Assembly (NCBI GenBank): GCA_963758295.1
Contig: CAVWUU010000003.1
Span: forward strand, 32,001 to 96,000
Direction: 5' to 3'
DNA: 64,000 nucleotides
Origin: Candidatus Eremiobacteria bacterium
GTDB lineage: Bacteria; Vulcanimicrobiota; Vulcanimicrobiia; Vulcanimicrobiales; Vulcanimicrobiaceae
Below are positions 52,234-63,692 of this stretch, one piece after another; position 1 is the first letter of the stretch; every line of letters starts with the position of its first letter. The notes below the pieces were generated by a model. It worked only from the letters and a program-made list of their open reading frames with translations. It was not told where the DNA came from and searched no databases. A program made the position numbers and the translations under genes.

Positions 52234-54367
52234 GTGAAAAAGCCCCTGATCATCGTCGAGTCGCCGACCAAGGCTCGGACGATCAAGAAGTTTCTCCCCG
52301 CGCGGTACGTCGTGAAGGCGTCCGTCGGTCACGTCCGCGATCTGCCGAAGAGTACGCTGGGTGTCGACGTGGAGCACGACTTCACGCCGAAGTATCTAAC
52401 GATCAAAGGCAAAGGCGACATTATCAAGGAGCTCAAGAGCGCGGTCAAAGGCGCGAGCGAAGTGTACCTCGCCACCGACCCCGATCGCGAAGGCGAAGCG
52501 ATTGCGTGGCACCTAGCCGAGCTGCTCAAGCTCGAGAACCCCAAGCGCATCGAGCTCCACGAGATTACTAAGGATGCCGCGCTCGCCGCTTTGAAGGACG
52601 CGCACCACATCGACATGGATCGCGTGAACGCGCAACAGGCGCGCCGCATCCTGGACCGTCTTGTTGGATACAAGATCTCGCCGCTGCTGTGGGCTAAGGT
52701 TCGCGGCGGCTTGTCGGCCGGTCGCGTGCAGTCGGTGGCGGTGCGGCTCATCGTGGATCGGGAACGCGAAATCGGCGCCTTCGTTCCAAAAGAGTATTGG
52801 ACCGTTACGGCTCAGTTGGCGAGAGACACGAAGAGCGATCTGGTGTTCCTTGCCGACCTGGTGGCCTTCAAGGGCGAGAAATACGAGATCCGTACAAAGG
52901 AAGAAACGGATCGGGTTCTAGAGGCGATCGATGGTGCACCCTTTACAATCGACTCGATCAAACGCCGAGAAGTAAAGCGAAATGCGCCGGCGCCCTTCAC
53001 GACTTCGACGCTCCAGCAAGAGGCCTCGCGCAAACTGCGAATCCGCGTGCGGCGCGCCATGCAAATCGCACAGGCGCTGTACGAAGGCGTAGATCTCGGC
53101 GGCTCCGAGGGCACCGTCGGTTTGATTACGTACATGCGTACCGACTCGACGCGCATCAGCGATCAGGCGCGGGAAGCGGCTCGCGAATTCATCGTCGACA
53201 CGTACGGCGAAGCGTTTCACGGCGGACGCCAACATAAGGTAAAAGAAGGCGCACAGGACGCGCACGAAGCGATCCGGCCTACCTCGGTTTTGCACACTCC
53301 GGAAAAAGTCGCGCACGTCCTCAAGCGCGACGAACTGCGTCTCTACACGATGATTTGGGAGCGGTTCGTCTCCTCGCAGATGGCCCCGGCGGTCTTCGAT
53401 CAGACGACTGTGGAAATCAAGGTCGCGCGATTACGGTTTCCGCGCGACCGGTAGCGTCATGAAGTTCGCGGGTTTCACCAAGGTGTACGAAGAGGGCCGC
53501 GATGAGGACGGCAAACAGCGCGGACGCGTACGGCTGCCGGAACTCACCGAGGGCGAAGTGCTCGACGTCCGTGCGATCGACCCGAAGCAGCACTTCACCG
53601 AACCCCCGCCGCGCTTCACCGAAGCCACGCTCGTCAAAGCGCTTGAAGAGAACGGCATCGGCCGGCCGTCGACGTACTCGACGATCGTCGATACGATCCA
53701 AGCTCGCGGCTACGTAACGCAAGAAGAACGGCGCTTCAAACCCACCGACATCGGCATCGCCGTGAACGATTTGCTGGCCGAGCATTTCAAAGACATCGTC
53801 GATCTCAAGTTCACGGCGGGCATGGAAGGCGACCTCGATAAAGTAGCCGAGGGCCACGAAGACTGGGTCGGGATTCTGCGCAGCTTCTACGGACCGTTTG
53901 CGACCGAACTCGAAGAAGCCGAGAAGAAACTTCCCAAGCTCGAAGTCAAAGACGAGCCGACCGACGAGATCTGCCAGAATTGCGCACGGCCCATGGTCAT
54001 CAAGACCGGACGTTTCGGCAAATTCATCTCGTGCACGGGCTATCCCGAATGCAAGACGACCAAACCGATCGTCAAAGACACGGGAGCGAAATGCCCCAAA
54101 GACGGCGGCATGATCGTGGAACGCCGGTCCAAGAAGGGACGCACGTTCTACGGCTGCGCAAATTATCCGAACTGCGACTTCGTGTCGTGGGATCGCGTAA
54201 TCCCCGAGCCCTGTCCGGTGTGCGGAAGCTACGTCGTCGCAAAGACGCGGCGCGGCGGCAACGTGCATCTGGAGTGTGCGGCGGATAAGGAACACGACGT
54301 GTCGTCGCTCGTGAAGCCCGCGCCGGGCGAAGAACCGACGGACGACCGGGAACTCGCCGAAGTTTGA
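52234..54367 (+). CDS. topA: DNA topoisomerase I, frameshift near 53425
   Basis: IVESPTKA, ATDPDREGEAIAWH, SAGRVQS, ITYMRTDS, GIGRPSTY, C4 zinc ribbons. Confidence 0.96.
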
Positions 54368-55719
54368 GACTCACCGTAATCGGAGGCGGCCTCGCGGGAT
54401 GCGAGGCAGCATGGCAAGCGGCGCAACGCGGCGTCGACGTAGATCTGTACGAGATGCGGCCGCATCGGAGCGGCCCGGCGCACAAGACCAGCCGTCTCGC
54501 GGAACTCGTGTGCAGCAACTCATTGCGCGGCGCGGCGATGGAGAATGCCGTCGGCCTGCTCAAAGAAGAGCTTGCGCGATTAGACTCCTTGATCGTCACG
54601 TCGGCGCGTGAAGCCGCGGTTCCGGCCGGCGGCGCGCTTGCGGTCGACCGTGACCGCTTTGCGGATCGCGTTGAATCGCGCATTGAAGGCCATCCGCGAA
54701 TTATGCTGCATCGCGAGGAAGTGGAATCGATCCCACTCGACCGGCCCGCAATCGTCGCGTGCGGTCCGCTGCCCGGCAGCGCGCTGCTTGCGGACATCGA
54801 CCGGGTGATCGCCCGCGTTTGCGCTGGGGGCGGACGGCTGCATTACTATGATGCCGCATCGCCCATCGTGGCGGCAGACTCCATCGACGAATCGCAGATG
54901 TACCGGAAGTCGCGCTACGAAAAAGGCGACGGCGACGATTACGTAAACATCCCGCTCGATAAAGAGCAGTATCTGCAGTTTTTGCACGACCTGCGCACGC
55001 TCGAACGCCACGCGCCCAAAGAGTTTGAAGCGGACTCCGCAGCGGGCACTCCATACTTCGAGGGCTGTTTGCCGATCGAAGAAATGGCCGATCGCGGCGA
55101 CGACGTCTTACGCTTCGGCCCGATGAAGCCGGTCGGGCTGCGCGATCCGCGCACGGGGAAGACGCCGTACGCCGTGGTGCAGCTACGCAAAGAGAACGTC
55201 GAGGGCACGGCGTTCAACCTCGTCGGTTTTCAGACGCGCCTCGCTTGGGGCGCACAGAAAGAGACGTTTGGGAAATTTCCGGGCCTCGCGAATGCTGAAT
55301 GGCTGCGCTTGGGCGTGATGCATCGGAACACGTTCATCGACTCGCCGCGCCTGCTCGACGGATATCTGAAATTGCGCGGAACCGGCGCGCTCTATTTTGC
55401 GGGGCAGATTACGGGCGCCGAAGGTTACGTCGAAGCTGCGGCGTGCGGCGCGATGACGGGCATTCACGCAAGCCGGGAGATGCTGGGCTTAGCGCCGGTC
55501 GACGTTCCGCGCGCGAGCGCGCTCGGCGCGGTGGTCGCACACTTGCAAAACACCGAAACGCACGACTTCCAACCGGCGAACGTCACATGGGCACCGTTCC
55601 CGGCGCTCGAACAACCCATTCGCGATAAAAAAGAGCGGCGCCGGCAGATGGCCGAGCGCGCGCTCTTGGAGCTGGAAGCGTTTAGCGCAGCGATTGCCGC
55701 AACGCCTGCTGCCGTTTAA
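54364..55719 (+). CDS. trmFO: methylenetetrahydrofolate-tRNA-(uracil-5)-methyltransferase
   Basis: GGGLAGCEAA, AELVCSNS, YFEGCLPIE, GVMHRNTF, FAGQITGAEGY. Confidence 0.95.
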   Translation: MRLTVIGGGLAGCEAAWQAAQRGVDVDLYEMRPHRSGPAHKTSRLAELVCSNSLRGAAMENAVGLLKEELARLDSLIVTSAREAAVPAGGALAVDRDRFADRVESRIEGHPRIMLHREEVESIPLDRPAIVACGPLPGSALLADIDRVIARVCAGGGRLHYYDAASPIVAADSIDESQMYRKSRYEKGDGDDYVNIPLDKEQYLQFLHDLRTLERHAPKEFEADSAAGTPYFEGCLPIEEMADRGDDVLRFGPMKPVGLRDPRTGKTPYAVVQLRKENVEGTAFNLVGFQTRLAWGAQKETFGKFPGLANAEWLRLGVMHRNTFIDSPRLLDGYLKLRGTGALYFAGQITGAEGYVEAAACGAMTGIHASREMLGLAPVDVPRASALGAVVAHLQNTETHDFQPANVTWAPFPALEQPIRDKKERRRQMAERALLELEAFSAAIAATPAAV

Positions 55720-56429
55720 CGAATCGCGTAGGTAATCGACACGCTCGAGTGCACGGGTATCATTAGATAGTCTTTGTGTTCGACGGCATTGCCAAAGGGC
55801 GAAATGGCGTAGGTCGTAGTGCAGGTACCGTCCGGCGCACTCCGATCGTTCGCGGTTATGGAAAGCACGCCGCCGAGGTTTGCGCCGATTTGCTTCGCAA
55901 TGCTCGCCGCTTTGTCGTGAGCTTGGGCGATGGCCGCGTCGCGCGCCTGCGTTTCAGCCGGAGCGCAATTCGGCGCTTGCAGCATAATCTGCGCGTCTTG
56001 CAACGCCGCGCCCGGGATATTGGCAATGGCTGCGCCGACCGAACTTACGCCCTTGTCGATCGATTCCGGAATCGGATGCGGTACAGTACCGGAGATCGAC
56101 GCAAATGGCGCGTTCCCGGGCGCGCTGAAATTCGGCGGAAGCTCGATGGAGCTACGCTCAACGCCCGAGGCAATCAACGCGTCTATCACCGGTTGCAAAA
56201 CCGTGCGGTTGAAGAGCGGCGCCGTCGTGCGACTCCCGAGCCGCAGGGTGATCCGGGCCGACGCAGCGGTCACTTTCCCCGTGGCGCTCGCGTTGACTGT
56301 GATGCCTTGCCGCTGCGTTTCATACGGCTGGTTCCCGCGGGCGGGCGGAGGCGGAATGAATTGCGCTTGCGCGCCTGCGGCCGCCGGCATTAATAAGGCA
56401 GCAGCCAAGAAACCCCACACTCTTTTCAT
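55716..56429 (-). CDS. exported SIMPL (DUF541)-like protein
   Basis: Signal peptide, [43 protein letters not shown]. Confidence 0.7.
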   Translation of the reverse strand: MKRVWGFLAAALLMPAAAGAQAQFIPPPPARGNQPYETQRQGITVNASATGKVTAASARITLRLGSRTTAPLFNRTVLQPVIDALIASGVERSSIELPPNFSAPGNAPFASISGTVPHPIPESIDKGVSSVGAAIANIPGAALQDAQIMLQAPNCAPAETQARDAAIAQAHDKAASIAKQIGANLGGVLSITANDRSAPDGTCTTTYAISPFGNAVEHKDYLMIPVHSSVSITYAIR

Positions 56430-56507
56430 AAAGCGCTGTCTTGTAGGGCGGGCAGACCAAGCCTTCTGAAACTCTCGACCCGGGGCGTGGGTAGAAGTGG
56501 AGCGACT

Positions 56508-57041
56508 ATGAAGATTCGTTCAACGACGATCCTTGCCGTTCGCCGCGACGGCATGCTGGCGATTGCCGGCGACGGCCAGGTGACGTTCGACAAGACCATC
56601 ATGAAGCACAGCGCGCGTAAAGTGCGCAAGATCGCGGGGGGCAAGGTCGTTGCGGGCTTTGCGGGATCCGCGGCCGACGGCATTACTCTGCTCGAGAAGT
56701 TCGAAAAGAAGTACAACGAGTTCAAAGACGTGACGCGCGCGGCCGTTGAGCTCGCGAAAGACTGGCGGCAAGACCGCGCGTTGCGCCGTTTGGAAGCCTT
56801 ACTCATCGTGGGGACGCCCGAGCATCTTTTCGTCCTCTCAGGAACCGGTGATGTAATCGAACCGGACGAAGGCATTGCGGCAATCGGCAGCGGCGGTCCG
56901 TACGCTCAAGCGGCCGCGGCAGCGCTGATTCGCAACAGCGATCTTCCCGCGGACCAAGTTGCGCGCAAAGGTCTGGAAATCGCGGGCGAGATTTGCATTT
57001 ACACCAACGACGACATTACGCTCGAGAGTCTGTCCGCATGA
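56508..57041 (+). CDS. hslV: ATP-dependent protease subunit HslV
   Basis: [32 protein letters not shown]. Confidence 0.96.
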   Translation: MKIRSTTILAVRRDGMLAIAGDGQVTFDKTIMKHSARKVRKIAGGKVVAGFAGSAADGITLLEKFEKKYNEFKDVTRAAVELAKDWRQDRALRRLEALLIVGTPEHLFVLSGTGDVIEPDEGIAAIGSGGPYAQAAAAALIRNSDLPADQVARKGLEIAGEICIYTNDDITLESLSA

Positions 57042-58486
57042 CCGCGACTCCCAAGGAAGTCAATGCGCTTACGCCGCGACAGATCGTGGCGGAGCTCGAC
57101 AAGTACATCGTGGGCCAAGCCAAAGCCAAGCGCGCCGTAGCGATCGCATTGCGCAACCGCTACCGGCGCGCGCGCGTTCGCGAAGACCTGCGTAACGAAA
57201 TCACGCCGAAAAATATTCTCATGATCGGGCCGACCGGTGTCGGCAAAACGGAAATCGCCCGGCGCCTTGCCGGGCTCGTCGGTGCGCCCTTCGTGAAAGT
57301 TGAAGCGACGAAGTATACCGAAGTCGGCTACGTAGGACGCGACGTCGAATCGATGGTGCGGGATCTTGTCGAGGCGGCAATCCGCATGCTCAGCGACGAA
57401 CGCCGCTCCGAGGTGGCCGAACTCGCGGAGAAACACGCCGTCGAGCGAATCATCGATGTACTCAATCCGGAAACCGCTCCGCGCCAGCAGCAACAAAATG
57501 CCAACCCGTTTGCGCAGACGTTGGGATCGATTTTCGGCAACAACTACAATGCTCCGCAGCCTCCGCCCCCGCAGCCGCCTCAAGCGCCGGCATCGGAAGT
57601 GTCGCGCATTCGCGAACAGACTCGTTCCGAAATCGAGCGCGGCTTCTACGATGTCCGCCTGATCGAAATCGACGTCGAAGAACAAGCGAGTTTGCCCATC
57701 GGCGTAATCGGCGGTGGAATGGATCAAGGCGGCATGGGCGGTAACGACATCGGCGAGATGCTCGGCGGATTGATGCCTAAGCGCCGCAGTAAGAAGCGTG
57801 TTACCGTCTCCGAAGCCCGCCGCGTCTTTGCGCAAGAAGAAGCGAACAAGTTGATCGACATGGACGCGGTGAAGCGCGAGGCACTACGGCGCGCTGCCGA
57901 AGACGGCATCATCTTTATCGACGAGATCGACAAAGTCGCCGGCCGCGAAGGCTCTCGCGGAGGCCCTGACGTTTCACGCGAAGGCGTACAGCGCGATATT
58001 CTGCCGATCGTCGAAGGATCGACCGTAACCACGAAACATGGCGCGATAAAGACCGATCACGTGCTGTTCATCGCAGCCGGAGCTTTCCACATCAGCAAGC
58101 CGTCGGATCTGATTCCGGAGCTGCAAGGGCGTTTTCCGATTCGCGTAGAGCTGGACTCGCTCACCGCGGAAGACTTCAAAACCATTTTGACGCAACCGAA
58201 GAACGCGCTGATCGAGCAGTACAAGGCGTTGCTTGAAACCGAAGACGTGGCGCTTGACTTCAAGGACGAAGCTATCGACCAAGTGGCGCGTTTCGCAATG
58301 CAGGTGAACGAGCAAAGTGAGAACATCGGCGCGCGCCGCCTTCACACGGTGCTGGAGCGGCTTCTAGAAGATGTGAGTTATGGAGCGCCGGACGAAACTG
58401 GAGCGGTCACGATCGATGCCGCCTACGTGCGCGAACGCTTGCAGGACGTCGTCGAAAACGCGGATCTCTCCGGGTACATTCTTTAG
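57038..58486 (+). CDS. hslU: ATP-dependent protease ATPase HslU
   Basis: [44 protein letters not shown]. Confidence 0.96.
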   Translation: MTATPKEVNALTPRQIVAELDKYIVGQAKAKRAVAIALRNRYRRARVREDLRNEITPKNILMIGPTGVGKTEIARRLAGLVGAPFVKVEATKYTEVGYVGRDVESMVRDLVEAAIRMLSDERRSEVAELAEKHAVERIIDVLNPETAPRQQQQNANPFAQTLGSIFGNNYNAPQPPPPQPPQAPASEVSRIREQTRSEIERGFYDVRLIEIDVEEQASLPIGVIGGGMDQGGMGGNDIGEMLGGLMPKRRSKKRVTVSEARRVFAQEEANKLIDMDAVKREALRRAAEDGIIFIDEIDKVAGREGSRGGPDVSREGVQRDILPIVEGSTVTTKHGAIKTDHVLFIAAGAFHISKPSDLIPELQGRFPIRVELDSLTAEDFKTILTQPKNALIEQYKALLETEDVALDFKDEAIDQVARFAMQVNEQSENIGARRLHTVLERLLEDVSYGAPDETGAVTIDAAYVRERLQDVVENADLSGYIL

Positions 58487-58501
58487 GGGGACGTCTCGTC
58501 T

Positions 58502-58978
58502 ATGAATATCCGAACCCTTTTCCTAGGACTGGCACTCGGAAGCGGAGTGCTCCTCGCCGCATGTGGCGGCGGAACGACCGTAACGGGTCCGACACCTGGT
58601 CCGACGTGCGGACCGGCCAACATTCAATCGGAGCTGATTTATCCGCAGCCCAGTGCAACCGGGGTTACGGACAATCTTGCGCAGATTGTGATTGCCGTAA
58701 GCTCCCCGTTGCCGATCAATACGTTCAACCTTGCGTTGACCGCCTTGAACAACGGCGGTGGAACGGCTCTAACGGCGAACCCGCTCGCCCAGATTTCGGC
58801 GAGCCAGCTTCCGGCCGGGTCTGCAACGGCGACCATTCCGAACCCGACGTACGAAGCAGTGAATCTCATCGCGAATCTTCCGTCGGCTACTCAGATCCAA
58901 ACCGCCATCAACGATCCCGGCAACCCTAACAACTGCACGCCCCAAAATATTCCAAACGGCACTTTCACTACCCAGTAG
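58502..58978 (+). CDS. hypothetical lipoprotein
   Basis: Lipobox LAAC; Ig-like beta content ending GTFTTQ. Confidence 0.75.
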   Translation: MNIRTLFLGLALGSGVLLAACGGGTTVTGPTPGPTCGPANIQSELIYPQPSATGVTDNLAQIVIAVSSPLPINTFNLALTALNNGGGTALTANPLAQISASQLPAGSATATIPNPTYEAVNLIANLPSATQIQTAINDPGNPNNCTPQNIPNGTFTTQ

Positions 58979-59104
58979 GCTCGGTGAGGTGGCCAAGCTT
59001 TGGCATCGCGGACGGCGGCTTTGGACCGCTGCTCGCGATGGCCCGTGGGGCAGGCAAGGGAGCCTGCCGCTAGAGTTTGGTCGCATGCGTAGAATAGAGA
59101 GGCC

Positions 59105-59629
59105 ATGCCCTACATCCGCGAGATCATTACCGACGGTCATCCCACGCTTCGGAAAGTAGCGAAGAAAGTCGATCCTAAAGAGATCGCCGATCCGCTTTTT
59201 CAGCAGCTGATCGACGATATGTTCGAAACGATGTATGCCGCGCCCGGCGTCGGGCTTGCCGCGCCGCAGGTCAACGTCTCCAAGCGCATGTTCGTAATGG
59301 ACGTTCAGGAAGACGAGCACGAACCCGCCGTCGTTATCAACCCGAAGTTCGAACTGACCGAGCAGGAAGAAGAGATGACCGAGGGCTGTCTCTCCGTCCC
59401 CGGCTTCGTAGGCGAGATCACGCGCTTCCATCGCGTAGCCGTTACGGGCCTCGACCGCTATGGCGACAAGATCCGTTTGGAAGGCGAAGGTCTCTTCGCG
59501 CAGTGCTTGCAGCATGAGATCGATCATCTCAACGGCGTGCTGTACGTTGATAAAGCCAAGAACGTTCGCAAAGCGCAGACCGACGAAGAAGTCGCGGTCG
59601 CTGAAGCCGCGGCAGTCGAAGCTTACTAA
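59105..59629 (+). CDS. def: peptide deformylase
   Basis: GVGLAAPQ, EGCLS, QHEIDHLNG. Confidence 0.97.
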   Translation: MPYIREIITDGHPTLRKVAKKVDPKEIADPLFQQLIDDMFETMYAAPGVGLAAPQVNVSKRMFVMDVQEDEHEPAVVINPKFELTEQEEEMTEGCLSVPGFVGEITRFHRVAVTGLDRYGDKIRLEGEGLFAQCLQHEIDHLNGVLYVDKAKNVRKAQTDEEVAVAEAAAVEAY

Positions 59630-59640
59630 ACCCGCCGCTA

Positions 59641-60477
59641 GTGAAGACGCTTTTTTTTGGCACCAGCGACTTTGCCGTGCCGAGCTTGCACGTGCTCGCT
59701 GCGCGCACGTCGCTCTTTGGCGTCGTAACGCAACCCGACCGGCCTGCCGGCCGAGGGCACAAGCTCATGCCGACGCCCGTGAAAGCGGCGGCGCGCGATT
59801 TGGGCGTTCGCGTCTTCGAGCCGCTAAAACTCAAAGTGTTGGCCGAAGAGCTTGCCGGTGAATCGTTCGATCTCTTCGCACTGGCGTCGTACGGCCGGAT
59901 CTTACCGCAAGCCCTATTGGATCTTCCGCGTCTTGGAGCGTTAAACGTGCACCCGTCGCTGTTGCCGAAGTATCGCGGGGCGACGCCGATTCAAAGCGCC
60001 TTGCGTAACGGCGATGCGGAAACCGGCGTGAGCATCATGTTTATGGATGCCGGCATGGACACCGGGCCGCTGCTGATTCAGGAGCGGGTGGGCATCGAAG
60101 CATCGGACGACTACGGCACGTTGCACGACCGTCTCGCGTTTTACGGCGGCGAGCTGCTCGGCGAAGCACTGGATCGGGCGGCCGCCGGTGAATTGAAATC
60201 CCAGCCGCAACTTGGGGAACCCTCGATCACGCGCCCCATTGGAAAGGACGATTTGAACATCGATTGGACGTGGCCGCCGCACAAAGTGCTGGACACGATT
60301 CGCGCATTTGCGCCGCAGCCGGGAGCCCGCGCGACGATCGACGGCGAGACGGTGAAGGTGTTGCGCGCGCATCTCGACGGCGAGCGCGTCGTAATCGACG
60401 AGTTGATCGCGCCGAATCGCGGACGCATGACCGGTGAAGCCTACGAGCAATCGCGCCGCGCGCGTGAACGCGCATGA
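59641..60477 (+). CDS. fmt: methionyl-tRNA formyltransferase
   Basis: FFGTSDFA, TQPDRPAGRG, NVHPSLLPKYRGATP, MDAGMDTG. Confidence 0.95.
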   Translation: MKTLFFGTSDFAVPSLHVLAARTSLFGVVTQPDRPAGRGHKLMPTPVKAAARDLGVRVFEPLKLKVLAEELAGESFDLFALASYGRILPQALLDLPRLGALNVHPSLLPKYRGATPIQSALRNGDAETGVSIMFMDAGMDTGPLLIQERVGIEASDDYGTLHDRLAFYGGELLGEALDRAAAGELKSQPQLGEPSITRPIGKDDLNIDWTWPPHKVLDTIRAFAPQPGARATIDGETVKVLRAHLDGERVVIDELIAPNRGRMTGEAYEQSRRARERA

Positions 60478-61809
60478 CCGGCGCACGCGACGTAGCCCTC
60501 CAAACGGTGCGCGATGTATTTCCGGCGCCACCGCAAAGCGTCGAGCGCGGCGCTCAAGAAGCGCTCGATTATCGCGCGCAAAAAGTAAGTCTCGAGCCGC
60601 GCGATCGTGCGTTTGCCACCGAACTTGCCTACGGCGCCATCAAGATGCGTCGCACGCTAGATTGGTATTTGCAACCTTTTATCGGCGGACGCGAACAGCC
60701 GCTGCCGCCCGTGATTCGTGAAGTCTTGCGTCTGGCGGTTTACGAACTCGTTTACACGCGTCCGGACGTGCACGCCACGGTCTTTGAATGGGTCAACGTG
60801 GCGAAACGTTACGGGCACCGCGGCGTCGCAAATCTCGTAAACGCCGTGTTACGTTCGTTCTTGCGCGATACGCCGCTGGAACCGTCACGCGAAAGTTTCG
60901 AAAGTGAAGAAGAGTACCTAGGAACGCGCTATTCGCTTCCCACGTGGCTGGTTCGCCAATGGCAAACCGTCTTCGGTGAACGCGCAGAGACGATTTGCGA
61001 AGCCGTGAACGCGCCGGCCGCAACCGCCATCACCGTAAACGGTTGTAAGACCACCGCGTTCGACCTGCTCGAGCGCTTGCGCAGCGATAAAGTGGAAGTC
61101 GAGCCGTCGACGTGGGTAGGTGAATCGCTGCTGGTCGGTGACGGCGGCTACGTCCGCCGCAAAGAGCCCTGCGGCAAAAGGCGAATGGTGGATTCAATCC
61201 GAGAGTTCGGCCATGCCGGTCGACATCATGAATCCGCAACCCGGTGAGGCCGTCCTCGACGTCTGCAGCGGGCGCGGCAATAAGGCGATGCAAACCGCTT
61301 CGCGCATGCAGGCCGAGGGCACGCTGACGTGTATCGAACGCGAAGAAAAGAAGGCCTCCGTCCTCCAAACGCGGATGCAAGAAGCCGGCTTATCCGCGGC
61401 GGTCATCGTCGGCGACGCCGCACAACCGGTGCTGCCCGAAGGCAAACGCTTCGACCGCGTCCTCATCGACGCGCCGTGTTCCGGCATCGGAGTCATCGGA
61501 CGGCACCCCGAAGCGCGCTGGAAGAAGCAGCCGGGCGACGGCGAACGTCTCGCCGGGACGCAGCGCGCAATTCTGGAAAGCATTGCCTCTGCGGTCTTCG
61601 AGGGCGGTGCGCTAATTTATGCGGTGTGCTCCACCGACCCGAGAGAAACGGTCGAAGTGGTCGACGCGTTTTTGGCAGGGCAGCAGTTCGAACGCGGGCT
61701 CATCCCCGCGTCTTACGAAGCGTTCCTCACCGAAAGCGGCGACGTTTTGATTCCCCCGGGGATCGAAGGACGGGACGGATTCTACATCGCGAGGCTGGAG
61801 CGCCGCTAA
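60474..61809 (+). CDS. rsmB: 16S rRNA m5C967 methyltransferase (NusB-like N-terminus), frameshift near 61170
   Basis: ELAYG, NAVLR; LDVCSGRGNK, DAPCSGIG, YAVCS, DGFYIARL. Confidence 0.9.
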
Positions 61810-61828
61810 TCCAAAGGCGAAGGCAACG

Positions 61829-62530
61829 ATGAGCTGGTTTGCGCGAATCGAACAGGCGTGTGCGGCGTTTATCGAGCGCACTTTCGCCAAAACATTTCCG
61901 AGCGATCTGGAACCGGCCCAGGTTGCGCGCAAGCTCGTTGCGACCATGGAAGCGCGCACGCGTGGAGACGACGGCCATCTTCTGGCCCCGGGATCGTATA
62001 TCGTGTACGTCAATCCCGAAGACGACGCGCGCCTGCGCGAGCACCGCGCCTATCTGGAACGCGAGTGGGCCGAGTTGCTGCGAGACATGGCGGGCCGCGT
62101 CGGCGTCTACTTCTTCGACGGTGGGCCGAAAGTGCAGATGCAAGCCCGTGACAGCGTTCCGCTCGGCGCCGTTGACGTCATGGTCGCTAGCGACGTGACG
62201 ATTCAAATTCCCGATGCGGTCGCAAAAACGCCGCCGCAGCGTTTCCACCTTAGAATGATCAAAGGCGTGCCTGCATACGGCGTTTATTTCATCGAAGGCA
62301 AAGTGACGGTCGGACGAAGCGAAGAGAGCGACATCTTCCTCGTCGATCCGAGCGTTTCGCGCAATCACGCGGAAATGGAACTGGATAGAGAAGGCCCGCT
62401 GGTGCGAGATCTCGCCTCGACCAACGGCACGTTCGTCAACGGCGATCGCATCGAAGGCGCGCGCCATGTTTTTTCCGGCGACGTCTTGACGTTCGGCAAC
62501 ACGCAACTTCGCGTGGAGTCGCGTGAATGA
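61829..62530 (+). CDS. fhaA: FhaA-like protein (DUF3662 + FHA)
   Basis: [11 protein letters not shown]-domain; VGRS...VSRNHA...[12 protein letters not shown]. Confidence 0.85.
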   Translation: MSWFARIEQACAAFIERTFAKTFPSDLEPAQVARKLVATMEARTRGDDGHLLAPGSYIVYVNPEDDARLREHRAYLEREWAELLRDMAGRVGVYFFDGGPKVQMQARDSVPLGAVDVMVASDVTIQIPDAVAKTPPQRFHLRMIKGVPAYGVYFIEGKVTVGRSEESDIFLVDPSVSRNHAEMELDREGPLVRDLASTNGTFVNGDRIEGARHVFSGDVLTFGNTQLRVESRE

Positions 62531-62949
62531 GTTTCGACGCGCACATGCGAGTTGGCTCGCTAGAGATGGTCGCGGTGCTTTTTGCAGTCGCGGCGATTGC
62601 AGCGCGGCCACGCTTGGGCGCTTCGCAGGAGCTGGGACAGCTACGGCCGGTCCGCGTGGCGCTGAAGATCGTAGCGTTCGGCGGCGAGCGTCCGTTCGAG
62701 AGCCTCTCGCCGCTCACCATCGGCCGTGCGCCGGACCTCGAGCTGACGCTTCCGGACGCGGAAGTGAGCCGCCGCCACGCCCGCCTGGAAACCCATGGCA
62801 AAGTCGTCTACCTGCGCGACCTCGAGAGCAGCAATGGGACGTTTTTGAACGGTCGCCGGATCTCGAGCGCCATAGAAATCCGCCCAGGAGACGCCATAGA
62901 TATTGGAACGACGCGCCTGATTGTGGAACAATTGAAACCGTGGACGTAG
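62527..62949 (+). CDS. membrane-anchored FHA domain protein (FhaB-like)
   Basis: IGRAP...VSRRHA...[12 protein letters not shown]. Confidence 0.85.
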   Translation: MSFDAHMRVGSLEMVAVLFAVAAIAARPRLGASQELGQLRPVRVALKIVAFGGERPFESLSPLTIGRAPDLELTLPDAEVSRRHARLETHGKVVYLRDLESSNGTFLNGRRISSAIEIRPGDAIDIGTTRLIVEQLKPWT

Positions 62950-63692
62950 CCATCCGTGGTGATCGCGCCTCTTGCCTGACGCTCCAGCTCGGTGCTCAGA
63001 CGTGGCTCTTTGCGGTCGCGCGCGGGTTCGGCGCCATCGACGGATCGGGGACGGCCCCTGCGGCGCTTGGACGCATTCGCTCCGAATTCGACCGCCGCTC
63101 GAAGAGCGAACGGTTCCGGCGCGCGCTGGACCGGCCGCAGCCGGCGGCTACCGCGATGCTTGGCGTCCTGTCGCGGGTCAACGCCGATTTGTTCTCTCGT
63201 AGCGCCGCGCACGACGATTACATCACCGCGGGCTGCTCGTTCTCCGCCGCGCTCATCGTCCGGGGCCGCGCCTACATCATTCACTCGGGCGGCACGGCCG
63301 CGTACTTGGCACACGGCGGCGAGCTTCGCCCGCTGACGCGGGACGACGCGCTGGAGGCCGCGGGATTTCCCGTTTTAGCTCGTGCTCTCGGTACTTCGAG
63401 TTCTCTCGACGTCTCGGTTTCGAGCATCGGCGTGGAAGCCGGCGACATGGTCATTTTGATGGCGCATCGGGTCGCCGGCGACTTGGATCGGCAAGCACTG
63501 ATCGCGCACGTAGAAGGCGCAGGTCCGGGCGAGCACGTGCTGGTCATCCGGTTCGACGCGAGCGATCGCGCATTGGAAGACGCACTTTTCGTTGATCTCA
63601 AACCCAAACACAATCCATCCTGGGCGCGCATCGCGATGAGCGCGGGCGCGGCGCTATTGGCGATACTTTCCGCGGTCGCGTGGGCGCAGTAG
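62940..63692 (+). CDS. degenerate PP2C-like protein with C-terminal TM
   Basis: [50 protein letters not shown]; occupies the pstP position. Confidence 0.7.
   Translation: MDVAIRGDRASCLTLQLGAQTWLFAVARGFGAIDGSGTAPAALGRIRSEFDRRSKSERFRRALDRPQPAATAMLGVLSRVNADLFSRSAAHDDYITAGCSFSAALIVRGRAYIIHSGGTAAYLAHGGELRPLTRDDALEAAGFPVLARALGTSSSLDVSVSSIGVEAGDMVILMAHRVAGDLDRQALIAHVEGAGPGEHVLVIRFDASDRALEDALFVDLKPKHNPSWARIAMSAGAALLAILSAVAWAQ

Noticed and set aside
7299..61809. Frameshifts in helicase, uvrC, MCP, RND, dxs, oppD, DUF4331 lipoprotein, NiCoT, topA and rsmB as pseudogenes or programmed frameshifting
   Set aside because: They hit essential genes (topA, dxs), all motifs are intact, and I saw no shared slippery site; best explained as long-read indel errors
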